64,000 bases of DNA from Babesia bigemina. Lineage: Eukaryota. Positions 33,608 through 46,159 of the stretch are shown here, one piece after another; the first letter of the stretch is position 1, and each line of letters opens with the position of its first letter. The translations under genes were made by a program, and so were the position numbers. The notes under the pieces are model-generated. The model was not told the DNA's origin and did not search any database. It worked only from the letters and a program-made list of their open reading frames with translations. The DNA lies in contig NC_027220.1 of the NCBI RefSeq assembly GCF_000981445.1, positions 62,001 through 126,000 of the forward strand, in the 5' to 3' direction.

Positions 33608-35212
33608 TTATGAGGACCCCGCCTCGGGAGGGTCGTCGGAGGGTGGAAACTCGTATTCTACGTGACGCTTCCACACGTTGTTGTAAGCCTTCTCCAGCAC
33701 GCGTATCCCTGTGTCCTCTGGCAGGTCCTTCACCACCTGGGCGGTGAACTGCTGCAGGAATTCCTCCTTCGCATTGCGCTGCAATTCACGCATTTTGAGG
33801 AACTGGGACTCGCTGAGGAAGGGGAGAATCGCGAGGTACCCGAGGTACGGGTTACCGGTGTCAATCTCAGCATTATCCGTAGCTAAGTCCTGCGATAAAA
33901 CCTGGCAGTTTCGGTTTATGTACAGAGGCGGAGGCCCGCCGGCGTATACTGCCTCCAGCCAGTTTTTGCCATCGTTGTCAACCTCCGTGATGAGAGGTGG
34001 GGGAGCTTCCCCAAAAACCGTTTGAAACAGCGACTCGAATGCCTTCAAAGTTAAACCCACTTCAGTCATCAGGTCGTTGCGGTGCCGCCACAGCACTTCG
34101 TTTTGCGAATTCGCGCCAACCGGCGCGTAGCGCTTGGCTGCCAGGTATGAAAACAGCGGTTGGCGGCGTGCAGGAACCAACAAAGGTTTTGTGTTATTGT
34201 GAACCCACTCGAACCGCCGTGCAGTGTGAGCATAAGCGGCTCTTATAAAATCAACCTGCGTTGGATCATCCTCCAGCAGGCGGATCAATCCCATGGGGCT
34301 GAGGGACGTACCGCCCCCAACGTAAGACACCACTATAGCGTACGTATCGCCGGAACTTGAACCACTACTAGTGGCATCGGATGCGCCGCCTCTGGCTGAA
34401 TCCGACGTGTTGCAGAGCACGCTATCAATGTACACCGGCAGAAGCATGTGCTCCCGCATCGAATCTATCAACGCATTGTCGACGCATATTAAGAAATGCT
34501 TTGGCGCCTGAGTCTTATCCTGCACCACAGCCTCACTCTCAGCTCCCACTTCGGCATCGGTAGAGGAGTCAACCGTAGGAATGTCGAAGTTGCTGAAATC
34601 GAGCTCCAAAAGCACAGCGGCCATTTGACGGTTCTGCAAAAAGGCTGAAACAAATCCGTAGGTGCAAAATGGGCACGATCTTCGGTCTGAAAGGGTGTAA
34701 ACAGCTGTTTCCACACCCTCTTCGTTCTTTATGAGCGAATCGGCGAAGTGCGACAACAAACAGGCACAACAGCCACTCGAGCCACAGTTGGCAGAGCACT
34801 TCACCAAAACGGGGTCTTTCATGGGGCACCCACACAACTTGCATAAGAGTGATACAGGAAACGGGCGTAACCGCGGTTTGTCGTCCGCAACATCCCCATC
34901 AAATTCCGTGCGTGCTTCGTGGAAGATGGGTGTCGCCGGGGTCCAGGCTATGCGATTCAAAAGCACACGACTCCCCACATGCACAACTACATTGTCATCG
35001 AGTGGTTTAGGCTCCTCCGAAGAATTCTCGTCGTACAGGCAAACGATGAGATTGGTTTTCCTGGTGAAGTCCTTAGACAGGCTGGTTTCTTGCGCAATCA
35101 TGATCTTCAGATCTGAAACCAGGATACCACTTGAGCTGTCCAGCTGCAGCTCACGCCATATACCGCGTTCGCTACCAAAGCGGTAGAAGATGACACCCCC
35201 GGTGCTCACCAT
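33608..35212 (-). CDS. DWNN domain + RING-like protein (RBBP6/Mpe1-like)
   Basis: VIFYRF...ILVSDLKIMI ubiquitin-like DWNN domain followed by CKLC..C..CG..CCAC..CPFC. An upstream exon is possible. Confidence 0.8.
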   Translation of the reverse strand: MVSTGGVIFYRFGSERGIWRELQLDSSSGILVSDLKIMIAQETSLSKDFTRKTNLIVCLYDENSSEEPKPLDDNVVVHVGSRVLLNRIAWTPATPIFHEARTEFDGDVADDKPRLRPFPVSLLCKLCGCPMKDPVLVKCSANCGSSGCCACLLSHFADSLIKNEEGVETAVYTLSDRRSCPFCTYGFVSAFLQNRQMAAVLLELDFSNFDIPTVDSSTDAEVGAESEAVVQDKTQAPKHFLICVDNALIDSMREHMLLPVYIDSVLCNTSDSARGGASDATSSGSSSGDTYAIVVSYVGGGTSLSPMGLIRLLEDDPTQVDFIRAAYAHTARRFEWVHNNTKPLLVPARRQPLFSYLAAKRYAPVGANSQNEVLWRHRNDLMTEVGLTLKAFESLFQTVFGEAPPPLITEVDNDGKNWLEAVYAGGPPPLYINRNCQVLSQDLATDNAEIDTGNPYLGYLAILPFLSESQFLKMRELQRNAKEEFLQQFTAQVVKDLPEDTGIRVLEKAYNNVWKRHVEYEFPPSDDPPEAGSS

Positions 35213-37456
35213 GTTAGTTTGCGATAGAATGACAGCATACGAACGACGATACACTCACCCTGTATATGCTACAAAACATAAAGTATGCAAAAGACGAACC
35301 ACAATGGTTACCAGATACCATCTGTTCAACCAAAAGATGGGACAAAACTGCCGAAACAGGTACCAGCTTTGAACACGGGTGAGCGAATCCCTAGACATTG
35401 AGACGCACATGAAATACGTCTCACAATTTGTTCGTGCATTTGGCAGGCAGCACAAACCAACATACAATTCCCATAGAACAATTACGACTGTAATACGTAG
35501 AAGGACTCGCACGTCTAGGCCTGACTGGGGTCGTATTACATCAATATAAACAGACTCTCAAACACCTCTAATTTTTAGCATACCAAATCCCATTATGTCG
35601 GCTTATATTCTAACATTCTAGCCTGAAAACTGCGGCATTGCCGACTCTGCGGCTGCGACGACGCGGAATCCCTGCTGGTGCCCGGCATTGTTGACGCTCA
35701 AGGCGATCAAGACCCTCCAACCATTCACATTAATACGCCATTAAACCGTATGTTGTGATCCGTATCCTTTTGATCTAGTTGTTGGAATGACCGCCACATG
35801 TCTATATAGCTGATGTGCACGCGCAAGAATTTAGATGACATTAGATCTCCGCATTTAACACGTTTACTACTCAACAGATGCACGACGGACTGTATAGATG
35901 TCAAACATCAGCTATAGCCTTGTTTAGACGTGTGCTTGTGACGATCCTTATTTTCCTTCGGCGCTATGAGCTTAAATGCCTTTTACGCAACTGCTCGGAA
36001 TTTACGAAGTACATTTCGAGAAAGGCATGATATAGTACGTAAAATCTCATATTCTGCATGAATTTTAACATGTAGAAGTTCTCCTAACGTTAACGCATCG
36101 TTAGATTAAATGCAACGAAGGGATCTCACGGTCTGCTTTAGGATCATTCCCTATCGAACCGATTGTTTAAGTACAAGCTGATGTATGTTGGGAATTATGT
36201 AAGGGCGACAGCGTCGTAAGAAGCTTTCCTATAAGCGATATGATATGCTGAAGGTTGTGTAAACGATATTGCCATAACAGCAGCCTGCAAATCATTACGA
36301 CCATAAACACATTGCTTTCGTACCACAACTGGTCGTTGCAGTCTGCTCTAACTGAAGACAATAGTGTATCCATTTTAACGAATCGCTGTATGCTGAAGCT
36401 TCGGTGCAGCGTTATGCATTGTTGGATAATCGTACTTTGAATATTAACGACTCTGTTTGGCATAATTTGGCCTATCATCTGGCTCATGACGCGAAATATG
36501 ACCTCAACTGACTTTTTCGATGAATCCAGCAGAATTATCTGCATCAGTATTGCTCACGTTAGCTTGCAAAAATGAACGCCACAACGGAATAGTTAAGCTT
36601 ACAGTTTGTTGCCAACTATTTCTAGTGGGCCCAATTCTAATTCGTGACTTACTTACACAATTTAACTGAAGACGTATGGCGTGCGATAACTTATTAAAGT
36701 ATGTTTTACAATGCGAGGGCCGGGGCATTTTTGGTAAACGCCGACAAAAGTAGACCATTAACTGAGTTTCCGCGCCAGAGCTGAAACTAGTTGCTGGTAA
36801 AACTATATGGATGAGTGTAATCGATCTTAGAACAACCTGTTTGACATGCCTTTTTGCTTAGTTCCATAATAGGGGCTATGCAGGTGTTCGCCACCATACT
36901 CAACCTTCTTGTACTGTATGCTGAGTACAGATGAAGTGGGTATAATATAATGGGAAGATGGCGATGTTTACGTGGCATGATTGCAATGCAATACAGGTGA
37001 AGTGTGTACAGCGACTATCTCGACCCCGCAGTTTTTGTTTTTGAGTTAACGCGTTGCCATGGTTTATACACATCGTTAGTGCTGTAGAATGACGCATCAG
37101 CTATGCGTAAGTCGTCGAACACTTTATCGTACACACATGATCGCCGCTAAGAAATGCTAAGAAGGCCACACATACCAAGCTGAAAATATGGATTTAAATG
37201 TCTATCTCCTTTGTCGATTAAGGTATATTACAGCAAGAAAAATATTCAATTAACTCCACCGGCCTTAATTAAGGGCCGCATAGGAGGTTAAAGTACAACG
37301 TCAACACGTCGCAAACACTGTTGGCGCATTTAACACGCAGCACTTCATAACATACAATTCAGACAATAGGATTACTAGTTTTCTCTACGAAAAGGCTCCC
37401 AAACAGAAGGCTGATTGGGGACTTACAACACCGACCAACAGAGTCATACACATTTC

Positions 37457-38977
37457 ATGTGGCTGCAACCAACAGCTTTTTGTGCAGTTGTGTTGTCTAT
37501 ATGTCTTCTCTCGACTCTCGAATGTGTCGGTTATAGGAGGTGCACTGGATTCTATGTGAATGTCATGGGAACCAGGAGCAATCATGAGGGAGAGCAGACT
37601 GCTGATCGGGGGGGAAGCAAGAGGAGGAAGGTTGATCAAAATTTGGAATCACAGGAAGAACAGTGTAAGCCTCCTTTCCGTAGTCTAAATGCAACACCAA
37701 ATGACAGCACAATATCGCATTTCATTCCAACAACGCAACCGACGTACCACTTCAAAAATGGGTTCAGAATTGTGCTCCCATACAACCATGTATACGAAAC
37801 TAACACAAAGGGCAGATGGTTTGGACGGCGCCTGTATGACGTCATGGCGTCAGAGTTTGCCGCATTCACCGACGAATACGTCAGACACGCCTGTGCTCAT
37901 GGACTCATGAAGGTGTTCGATAGGGTGGGCAACGATTTGTACCCAGAACCAGGCGAACACGTGATGGAACACATATGCAGGCCTAACGAAAAGATATGGC
38001 ATCTAGCTATCGTGCACGAGCAGCTGGCATTAGATACGAAAGTCTGCATTCTGCGAGAAGATGAGGACTACATCGCAGTGTCGAAACCATGCAGCATCCC
38101 TGTTTACCACACCGGGACATATCATTTCAACACGCTCGTTGAGGTGTTAAAACATGAGGTGCTAAGAGACAAAAATGCTCAGCTGTACCCGGTGCATAGG
38201 TTAGACAAGCTGACATCCGGCGTTATCATCTTGGCCAAAAATTCCAAGGCCGCATCTGCATTCTGTGAGGGAGTTCGGAACAACGAGCTGCGCAAGGTCT
38301 ATGTTGCGCGTGTGAGAGGCGATTTCAGTCCCGTTTTTGACAACCACAAATGCCTTGCCGTTGATGATGGGATAGGGGACGGTCGTGTCGCCTGTTGCCA
38401 TGGGTTCATGCGAGTTGTGTCGCACAAGCTGAGTGTACACGAATTCACCCTGGACGATACTAAGAGTAACGTTAAACCAGCGGAAACGCGATTCCGTCTG
38501 GTGTCGCACAATCCGGAACTAAAGGAGTCGCTGATACTGTGCTACCCAGTCACCGGACGCACGCATCAGATCCGAGCTCACCTCAAGTTCCTTGGTTTCC
38601 CCATTTCAAACGACAAATGCTACAATGACGGCGAGCTGTGCGATGACAGCTCGTACTTCAAGAAGTTGCCGGCAGTTCACTGGGAAGTTGACGAGCACGG
38701 CAGGTGGCAGCTGCCAGAGTTGAAATTCGTAGCACCGCAGCCGGCACAACTCATGCGTGGCAGCTCAGACTACCACGTAGGGCTTAATAAACCGGTGGAA
38801 GGACTCTGCCACAGTCCAACAGGCATATTTTTGCACGCACTGCGCTACATATGGGAGCAGAAATTTAGTGTGTCGGATGCCGCCCCGAAATGGATTAATG
38901 ATTTTGAAGTCGACACAGCACACACAGACCTCACAAAAATGAATCTTTGGTTGGATAGCGCTGAAGCGAATGGTTGA
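37457..38977 (+). CDS. RluA-family pseudouridine synthase (RPUSD2/Pus9-like)
   Basis: KGRWFGR, AVSKPCSIPVY, catalytic VHRLDKLTSGV, PVTGRTHQIRAHL, IFLHALRY. Confidence 0.93.
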   Translation: MWLQPTAFCAVVLSICLLSTLECVGYRRCTGFYVNVMGTRSNHEGEQTADRGGSKRRKVDQNLESQEEQCKPPFRSLNATPNDSTISHFIPTTQPTYHFKNGFRIVLPYNHVYETNTKGRWFGRRLYDVMASEFAAFTDEYVRHACAHGLMKVFDRVGNDLYPEPGEHVMEHICRPNEKIWHLAIVHEQLALDTKVCILREDEDYIAVSKPCSIPVYHTGTYHFNTLVEVLKHEVLRDKNAQLYPVHRLDKLTSGVIILAKNSKAASAFCEGVRNNELRKVYVARVRGDFSPVFDNHKCLAVDDGIGDGRVACCHGFMRVVSHKLSVHEFTLDDTKSNVKPAETRFRLVSHNPELKESLILCYPVTGRTHQIRAHLKFLGFPISNDKCYNDGELCDDSSYFKKLPAVHWEVDEHGRWQLPELKFVAPQPAQLMRGSSDYHVGLNKPVEGLCHSPTGIFLHALRYIWEQKFSVSDAAPKWINDFEVDTAHTDLTKMNLWLDSAEANG

Positions 38978-39123
38978 AAATCGCATATTGACGCGTTGGC
39001 GACATTCAGCCGCTTCTAGATACATACGGCGCGGCGCTGAGTAACGAAAGACCAGAACGACACTCAAACCCTAGGTACACGATAAAACATTTTTTATATG
39101 ACATTTAATATTCATTTGAAACG

Positions 39124-41442
39124 ATGTCCACTAGGCAGATAAGGCGATTGCGGCGCGACCTGGAAAGGGAGAAGGAGGACGATACAACGCCACCTCCCAA
39201 ATTAGTAATCAGCATAAACAAGCCAAAATTCAGCTTCGCAATGCTAAGGGATGCCTTGGATTCCGACGATGAATCGAGCAGTGATGCCGAGGAAGATTCC
39301 AGCAGCGATGATGACTCTAGCTCTTCGGCATCGGATCATGAAGAGGTCGTGCCTTGTTCCACCCCTGATCGCTACACCCAACCGCCAAAGAATGGACGTT
39401 TAGGTAACAAACGCGCATCTAAACCTCAGAATGACGACGAAAGCTCAGATGAGGTGGGTCTAAAAAACAATAAAACCATCGGGCGCAGGATAGTGACATG
39501 CATCTCCTGGAGTCTTGCAAGGAAACTAACACTGAGTCAGCTGATGTTAGTGTATCAGCGACCATGGAAAACCGTTTTGAGTGTCTCCGTATAGAACCGA
39601 GAGCATTTAGAGTAGTAGGTAGGTCATATATTCTATCAAGAATTGTGCATGACTATTCGATCCTCCATGTGGAGCATCACGAACAATGTAAAAACATTCT
39701 AAATGGGTTATTGAACCGCAAAAGAAATGCTACAGCTGGATTTTATTTTGGCCACAAAAACTATGATTGCTATGTGGCGACCGATTATCATTGCTTCGCT
39801 TTTTTTATTTCATAGGGCATGATTACGCGTTACCTATTGATGCAAATATCTATTCCTAATGGCTGAATTGCTTTCCGCAAACTGACGTGATATTGCAGGT
39901 GTTGGTACGCAAGCCTCTGGCAAGGCGAGGATGGGCAAGGGGTTCGGAGGCTATTTACAAGGTCGAAATTGGCTAATGCCAGGTATTGCCCCCAAAACTG
40001 CTGACAAGCTACGGGCGGCAGTAGTACAGCAGGTTAGATTAAAGGGTAACTACGATTCGAAAAACGAAAGAGAACGCTTCACTTTGGAGCTGAGTGACCG
40101 GTTAGTTATGCCGGCAGTCCACTAAATCGGTGCAGTTATAAGAACATCCAAAGTGTATGCATCGCAGCGATAGACACGCAAGATCCAGCCCTCTTCAGAC
40201 GGGTGTTGGAAACAAACCCACAACATCTGGAAGTCCTTTTACGAGCAAGCTCGATACACACATTACAGGTGAGTCAGTCACTGAGGCTGACTGCTCCTTT
40301 GCTGGTAAAGAGTCATAACTATTTGGATATGAATGCGCCATTAGTGATGCGTGCCCTTCAGCTCTATATGTTGGTCGCTTAACTGCGCCATTTTATCTGT
40401 ACAAATTCATAGGTGATAAGTTGTTTTTCAACCTTACTTTTGCTCAGGGGCAACACGAAGAAGCTTTCAAGCTGATAACAGTTGCCGTACAAATCTTGCA
40501 GGCGGCGCTGCCACCCCGTTTCTCGCCTTTCCGTCTAGATGAAAAGGGATGTTACAATGTGGGTATATCAGTTGCAAATACAATTAATTCTTGCAGACGT
40601 GGTTACCAAGCTCCTGTGGAAGTAACCTCATTGTGTACAGGCTATTGCTCCTGTATATGATCTGCCTGGAGCGGCAGGCACAATGGGAAACATGTCTAGC
40701 GGTCTGCAAACTGATGCTCCAAATGGACTTTCCAAATGACGTTTCACATGCACTGCTTCATATAGATTTGTATCTTTTGAATTACGCCGGAGTAGGAGTA
40801 GCTGAGTTTGCTACAGGTTATGCCAAGGCACTGGAATATGCCGTACCACTGTATTGGGTGCTACCGAACTTTGCATTTTCAATGGCGCTGGAATTTTTCG
40901 CCAAGGACACAAATGAAGCCGTAACTGCAACTATTTCAGAATCCTATCTAGATCTGTTACAGGAATTTCTGACGTTGAAGGAGGATGAACTGGGATTCCG
41001 ATTTAATCCAGTGGAGCAGGATATGAGGAAATACACTAACAAAAGATCGGAGTTGTGCTTAATTAGGGCGCTTGTTAAGTATCCTGATATTATTCGAATG
41101 CTTACCCGTGAAAACTTTGCAGCTGATCTAGTAGTCTACACGCAGACGGAACCCTTTGCATCATGGATGAGCGATTACGACACAGACGATGTGCACCTAA
41201 TCAAGTGCTACCTTGCCAAGACAGCAGATCTGTGGCGCAACGAAAATTTATCGTTATTGATCAACACTGCAAGCCTCATTGCGGACATTTATCGTACTGA
41301 ACGTGGTGCCACTATATTAGGCACTTTTCGTGACTTGTGGTCCGCCTTCAGGCTGGATCAACCCCTGCCACTAACACCAAAAGAAGTCATAGTATCAGAG
41401 TTTGACCTAACTTCTCACAGTCTACCAACTGCCTTAGAATGA
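39124..41442 (+). CDS. TCF25: TCF25/Rqc1 (ribosome quality control complex subunit); multi-exon
   Basis: N-terminal MSTRQIRRLRR followed by an acidic tract, LETNPQHLEVLL, LERQAQWETCLAVCKLML..D..ALLHID, LPNFAFSMAL. Confidence 0.8.
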
Positions 41443-42194
41443 AGCTACTAATAGTTTAATATCTAACGTGTTAAGGCATTTAACTGAAAATGATCCCTTC
41501 CTTTTTATATAGCTGTTTCACCAATGTTATTAGGACACCAGTGCCGAAATTTGTCAAATTCCGACTATACAACGCAGCACTTGTAACTACGTACTTGCGT
41601 CAGTGCTTTCTGTGTCTGCTGAAATACACCTCCAAAACGATATAGGAAAGTGATGAACTCATGATATCGCGTGTGTTGCACTACGCTTCTAGGTCAATGC
41701 TTAGAACGGTGGGTCCAACATTTCTTTTTATCTGCTACCTGTTCGAATTTTTAGTGTATTATTCACAAAGGCGCTGTTAGGTAATCCTGGAATGCACAAA
41801 ATTCATATTTTATCGCCAATCCGTAGCAATCGTGTCTAGATGCTGTTGATAAGTTGTATGCTGCAAAATGAGCCATTTAGGTGGCAAAACGATGTCTGGT
41901 GTCCATATTTTTCTTCTGGATTCCGCGAAATAAATATAAAGCCTTTGGTATATAGGTGTCAGTATCACGTCCGTAACCTTCATTTTCACACTCCTTAATT
42001 TACCAGAGGAATTTTCCTCGATAACCTGACAGCTAGCTGCAACTATGGGGTTTAAGTGGCTTTTATTTTCACAACGCATCTTATAGCATATATTTTCTCC
42101 TAAAATGTCATCCATCTATGAAATGGATCTTTTTGCGTTGCCGTTTTGTATTTGTGTATCTATTTATTGATCTTTTGATTACAAATCAATAACA

Positions 42195-45077
42195 ATGGTG
42201 AAGCCTAGAATGGTGTCCCTGTTGTACTGCGCAATATGGATGCAGTGGATTGGCTGTCTTGACGCACTGTTTTGTGACTTATCAGATCCAGAAGAACCAC
42301 TTGGGAGCCATGCCCTTGTTATGTGTCATATGGATATCGACAAAATTGAGGATGCAATCGGAGTATGCCCACGCCAAGTAGACGACACCGAATATGTTTG
42401 GCATCCTCAACCAACGACCGATGGGCATCCTCATATCGAAACATACGTGAATGATAACGGCAGTTTACGTGCTAGAGATTTTTCGGACCTAGTGATATCG
42501 GAAAACCAAGCTTCTTTTATATCTGTGGAATCAAATCAGTTGCAAACAAAACTTCACTTCAACTTCCCATCTCATGAATTGTTTATCCTTACTGAACGCC
42601 GTCTTATATTCATTTGCGGCCCCAGAGATTTAGTATTGAGCGATACGATGCAGCGTCACATTTACCGTCTCGAAAACAGCGATCAAGTGGAAGTGATGTT
42701 GTGGACTTCATCCACACCACTAGTCGAAGAACTAAAAGAGCTGAGGAAAGGTTTGGGTCTATTTTTCGTGAACATAGGGCATTCACACCTACTTCTTCAA
42801 GGCTGCGGCAGCCGCACCTCACCACTTTTTTCACCGGACAATGTGGTTACCGAGGATAGCTTTACTGGCACCCGTTCATGTGTGGCGGATCCGATGTCAA
42901 GCTTACCGATAGGATTTGTTTGCGAAGGTCGCATTCAACCTGAGAATTGCATGAAATCACTCCTGGACAAGAATGGTTACACTGTAACTGCTCCCTCACC
43001 ACATAAATATTGGCATTTTGATGACCATAGGCCTTGGGTGGTGGCGCAATATTTTGATCAATTAGCATTACCGCCCTTTACAGGCGAATGCAGGTGTGTC
43101 GATTCCGAAACAGGCCAGGTAAAGGCGAGAATAGAGATCCGTCAAAAAACCGAATACACTTGTGACATCACTAGCATGATTTTTCGCAATCGTATTCGCC
43201 CTATTCCAGGCCCTTGGTGTTCGGTTGTCCTTCACCCTGGCAGCACGTTGACCATAAAGGTGCCGATACAGAAGGTTTATCGGCAATCTTTTGACGGTTC
43301 TGCCACTGTTTCATTCTCACAAATGATGTCTCTCTATGATTTCGAAACTGAATTCTTGCCGAAAGACCTGATGACACTGCGGCAACTACAATCAATTTAT
43401 GATTTTGAAACTTACGATGAAATTCCGTACAACCAAGCTCTTGTTGGTGATGCCCTCGCGTTGGACGTTTCACAAATGAATAGAGGGTTGGTGAAGCTGA
43501 CATACCATTCAGACAAACCTCTTGCGTTAAAAAAAGGATCGAGCTCATTCTTATACCATTTGAAATTGAAATCAAAAAACATGAATATTCTAGAAAGGAT
43601 AGACGCTGCAATCAATCTGACTTTTGCATTCACGCATGATTACGAGGTTGTTGGTTGCGATCGTGAGTCACCAAGTCTGTTTAATCCAGGGATCAGCATT
43701 AGTAATTGCTTACTGAAGTATATGGGTAATAGAATTGGACTCACTTACGAATGCAGAATACGTATTACGAGGTGGCGTAGGAAGGCTGGCATCCACTGCA
43801 GACCAGATGAGGAGTTGTTGCCTAACAACTGCGAATCGATGGTGTATGACCTCTATTCTAACCGTGCCATAGAACTTCCAACAGCTTTGCAAACTACGAA
43901 ACAGAATATCCGAGGATTTCAGGTATTAAGTTTCTACTTCCGCAACAACAGTCCTTTTAGCTATGCTTGCATCTGTGTTGATAAACACGGCTATGAAAAG
44001 TCCAAGCTTGTTATGGAGAACGTTCAACAAGAAATGTACGCCTACCTAGTACGTCGTAAACAGGTATCGGACTCGTTGCGCCCTACTCTGTTACTGCCGT
44101 TTAGTGAGATCGGATTATTATTTGGTGGAATGAAATCACAAAGGTTCATTGGGCTGTACGATATAAATTCCATATCAATTAAACTAACTGCAGGCAAAAC
44201 GTGGTCCCTAAATTGTGGGATTGATCGTGAGAGCATAACATTTGATGACGTGGAAAACGTCGCAACTCGTGAAGATATTACAGCGACATGGCTGCCAAAG
44301 CAACCAGATATATTCTATTACACCGTAAATCAGACTCCTGTTGGGCCTGAGCTTGTAAAGGTCGCATACAAAGATTCGATTATCATTAGCCCAAACGGCC
44401 TGGCAGTACAATACCGAGAATTGGACATGACACCTGCGTATCAGATCATGGTATTACAATCAAATACAAGTGCTATAATAATATCTAAGGACCCACTGCA
44501 CAAGTATTTTGTGCCGATGACGTTTGTCTGCGGGAAGGCGCCCAATCCGTGGGATCTCTCCGTAATCACTGACAATGCTTCCACTTCAAACGACTCTGCA
44601 CGGCCCAGTTCACATCTATTGCGACCATCCATAGGATATACGTGGCTTGTCATTGATGTTTCCCTCAAGACTACTGATCCCTATATGCAAGGTTGTGGTG
44701 TTACGTATTCGTCAACTGAGTTATTCAAGCCTGATACACCCAAACTCTACGACGCTGAGGGAAGAGAAATCGGTTGCAAAATCGACATTCAGACCGCTAA
44801 GGAAGCAGCATTTTACTGCCCAGCACCGTACGTCCTGGACCCGCCTGAGTGTTTCAACCAAGTTTACGTTGAGGATGAAGTGAAGAATTTGAGTGAAATA
44901 AGCCAGTCGATGATTGCATCAGCATCCAACCACTTCGTCATCTTGAACTTCGACAGAGAACTCGTAGGACCTGGCGAAACGCTGCGCCCGTCGCCGCCAC
45001 TTGAATGCCGCTGCGTCACCGTCAAAGGCATCGTCCTCTCCACCATCCAAATCGAGAATTACTACTCCAACGAATGA
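42195..45077 (+). CDS. 6-Cys (s48/45 domain) family secreted protein, 960 aa
   Basis: Signal peptide and three GC..C..(G/A)xxC..P.xC..CxC modules (e.g. MQGCGV..GCKID..AFYCP..LDPPECF..CRC) interleaved with degenerate domains. Confidence 0.88.
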   Translation: MVKPRMVSLLYCAIWMQWIGCLDALFCDLSDPEEPLGSHALVMCHMDIDKIEDAIGVCPRQVDDTEYVWHPQPTTDGHPHIETYVNDNGSLRARDFSDLVISENQASFISVESNQLQTKLHFNFPSHELFILTERRLIFICGPRDLVLSDTMQRHIYRLENSDQVEVMLWTSSTPLVEELKELRKGLGLFFVNIGHSHLLLQGCGSRTSPLFSPDNVVTEDSFTGTRSCVADPMSSLPIGFVCEGRIQPENCMKSLLDKNGYTVTAPSPHKYWHFDDHRPWVVAQYFDQLALPPFTGECRCVDSETGQVKARIEIRQKTEYTCDITSMIFRNRIRPIPGPWCSVVLHPGSTLTIKVPIQKVYRQSFDGSATVSFSQMMSLYDFETEFLPKDLMTLRQLQSIYDFETYDEIPYNQALVGDALALDVSQMNRGLVKLTYHSDKPLALKKGSSSFLYHLKLKSKNMNILERIDAAINLTFAFTHDYEVVGCDRESPSLFNPGISISNCLLKYMGNRIGLTYECRIRITRWRRKAGIHCRPDEELLPNNCESMVYDLYSNRAIELPTALQTTKQNIRGFQVLSFYFRNNSPFSYACICVDKHGYEKSKLVMENVQQEMYAYLVRRKQVSDSLRPTLLLPFSEIGLLFGGMKSQRFIGLYDINSISIKLTAGKTWSLNCGIDRESITFDDVENVATREDITATWLPKQPDIFYYTVNQTPVGPELVKVAYKDSIIISPNGLAVQYRELDMTPAYQIMVLQSNTSAIIISKDPLHKYFVPMTFVCGKAPNPWDLSVITDNASTSNDSARPSSHLLRPSIGYTWLVIDVSLKTTDPYMQGCGVTYSSTELFKPDTPKLYDAEGREIGCKIDIQTAKEAAFYCPAPYVLDPPECFNQVYVEDEVKNLSEISQSMIASASNHFVILNFDRELVGPGETLRPSPPLECRCVTVKGIVLSTIQIENYYSNE

Positions 45078-46159
45078 GTATCTCAGATTTGGTAACCCAT
45101 TTGGCAATGACGCACTTTAATTGTCATAGTTCATGTTTGTCACTTGTTGGTTTGTGTCTCCAGAGACAGCATTGCTTTGGGTAGAATATTGCAATTGTAA
45201 TTGCCAGTTGAACGACATATTCTTGTGTTACTATAACTGTTTATTCTTGCATGATTCCCCGTAAGTTAGACCGATGACGTATATCGTAATCACGTACCAC
45301 TATACCATGGCATTTCATTTTGAACTGCCTTAATGGGGAAGATGGGATTTGCCCGTCTACACATATTCCAAGAAGTTGAAAGAGTCGCAGTGCCATTAAC
45401 AGGCAAAGATGGATAGCGCCAGATACATGTAACTATAGTTCAAAAGGTACAATGGTGTTATTGACAGACTGCATTGTCAGCTCCTGTCCACAGAAGGCCA
45501 TCGGTGGGAAGTAGAACAAGTATGGCTTCATCTGCCCGTAATATCTTTAAATCATACCTCATTGTACAATATTCAAGAATAGAGTGAATTAAAGTGAAGA
45601 CTTCCAAGTGAGCCTTTCAAGGTGCCACCGGGCCCACCCACAGCCTGCACCGTGATGGGCCAGGCAAGGGAGAAGTACGAGGCTATCCGCCAAGGGATAT
45701 TACGTGTCAGATACATGTCAATATGTTAGGATTAAGGTAAATGTAAGGCAACTTGGAAATACGCCCGACACCCCTTGGCTCAACAGGAGGCCCGACCTTT
45801 CGGGTGGGAACGTGAGACATTGCACTGGATTGGCTAGCTTCATCTGAACAGCACGATAACACGAAAAACAAATCTCAGAGATGTGGTTATACGTGTCAAT
45901 CGATGGTGTTCCGTAGCCAATTCAGCTGGTGGGTGCCGTCGGCCTGATGTCATTGTGCTAACAGGTGGGGGCATGTATCGTGTTGGTGTCTAAGCAGTTG
46001 TGCCGAAACTTTCTGAGATCCTGCAATTTTAACACTACTTAACACTTTGAACCAACGATTGTGGAATGTAGGAGCCAGCAAGATATTTTCTCAGCGAATG
46101 GTGGGGGAAAGTTCGTAATAGATAGATGTCCAGTTAGGTTTTGCATTTTGTAAAATGCT

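Noticed and set aside
39066..39075. aaacccta telomere-like unit
   Set aside because: Single copy with no array.
22060..41442. NFACT, AlaRS and TCF25 as a functional ribosome-quality-control cluster
   Set aside because: They act in different predicted compartments, unrelated genes are interspersed, and there are no operons here, so chance proximity suffices.
45100..46140. Possible transposon or ncRNA in the island spacer
   Set aside because: No transposase or RT ORF, terminal repeats or recognisable RNA motif were seen.
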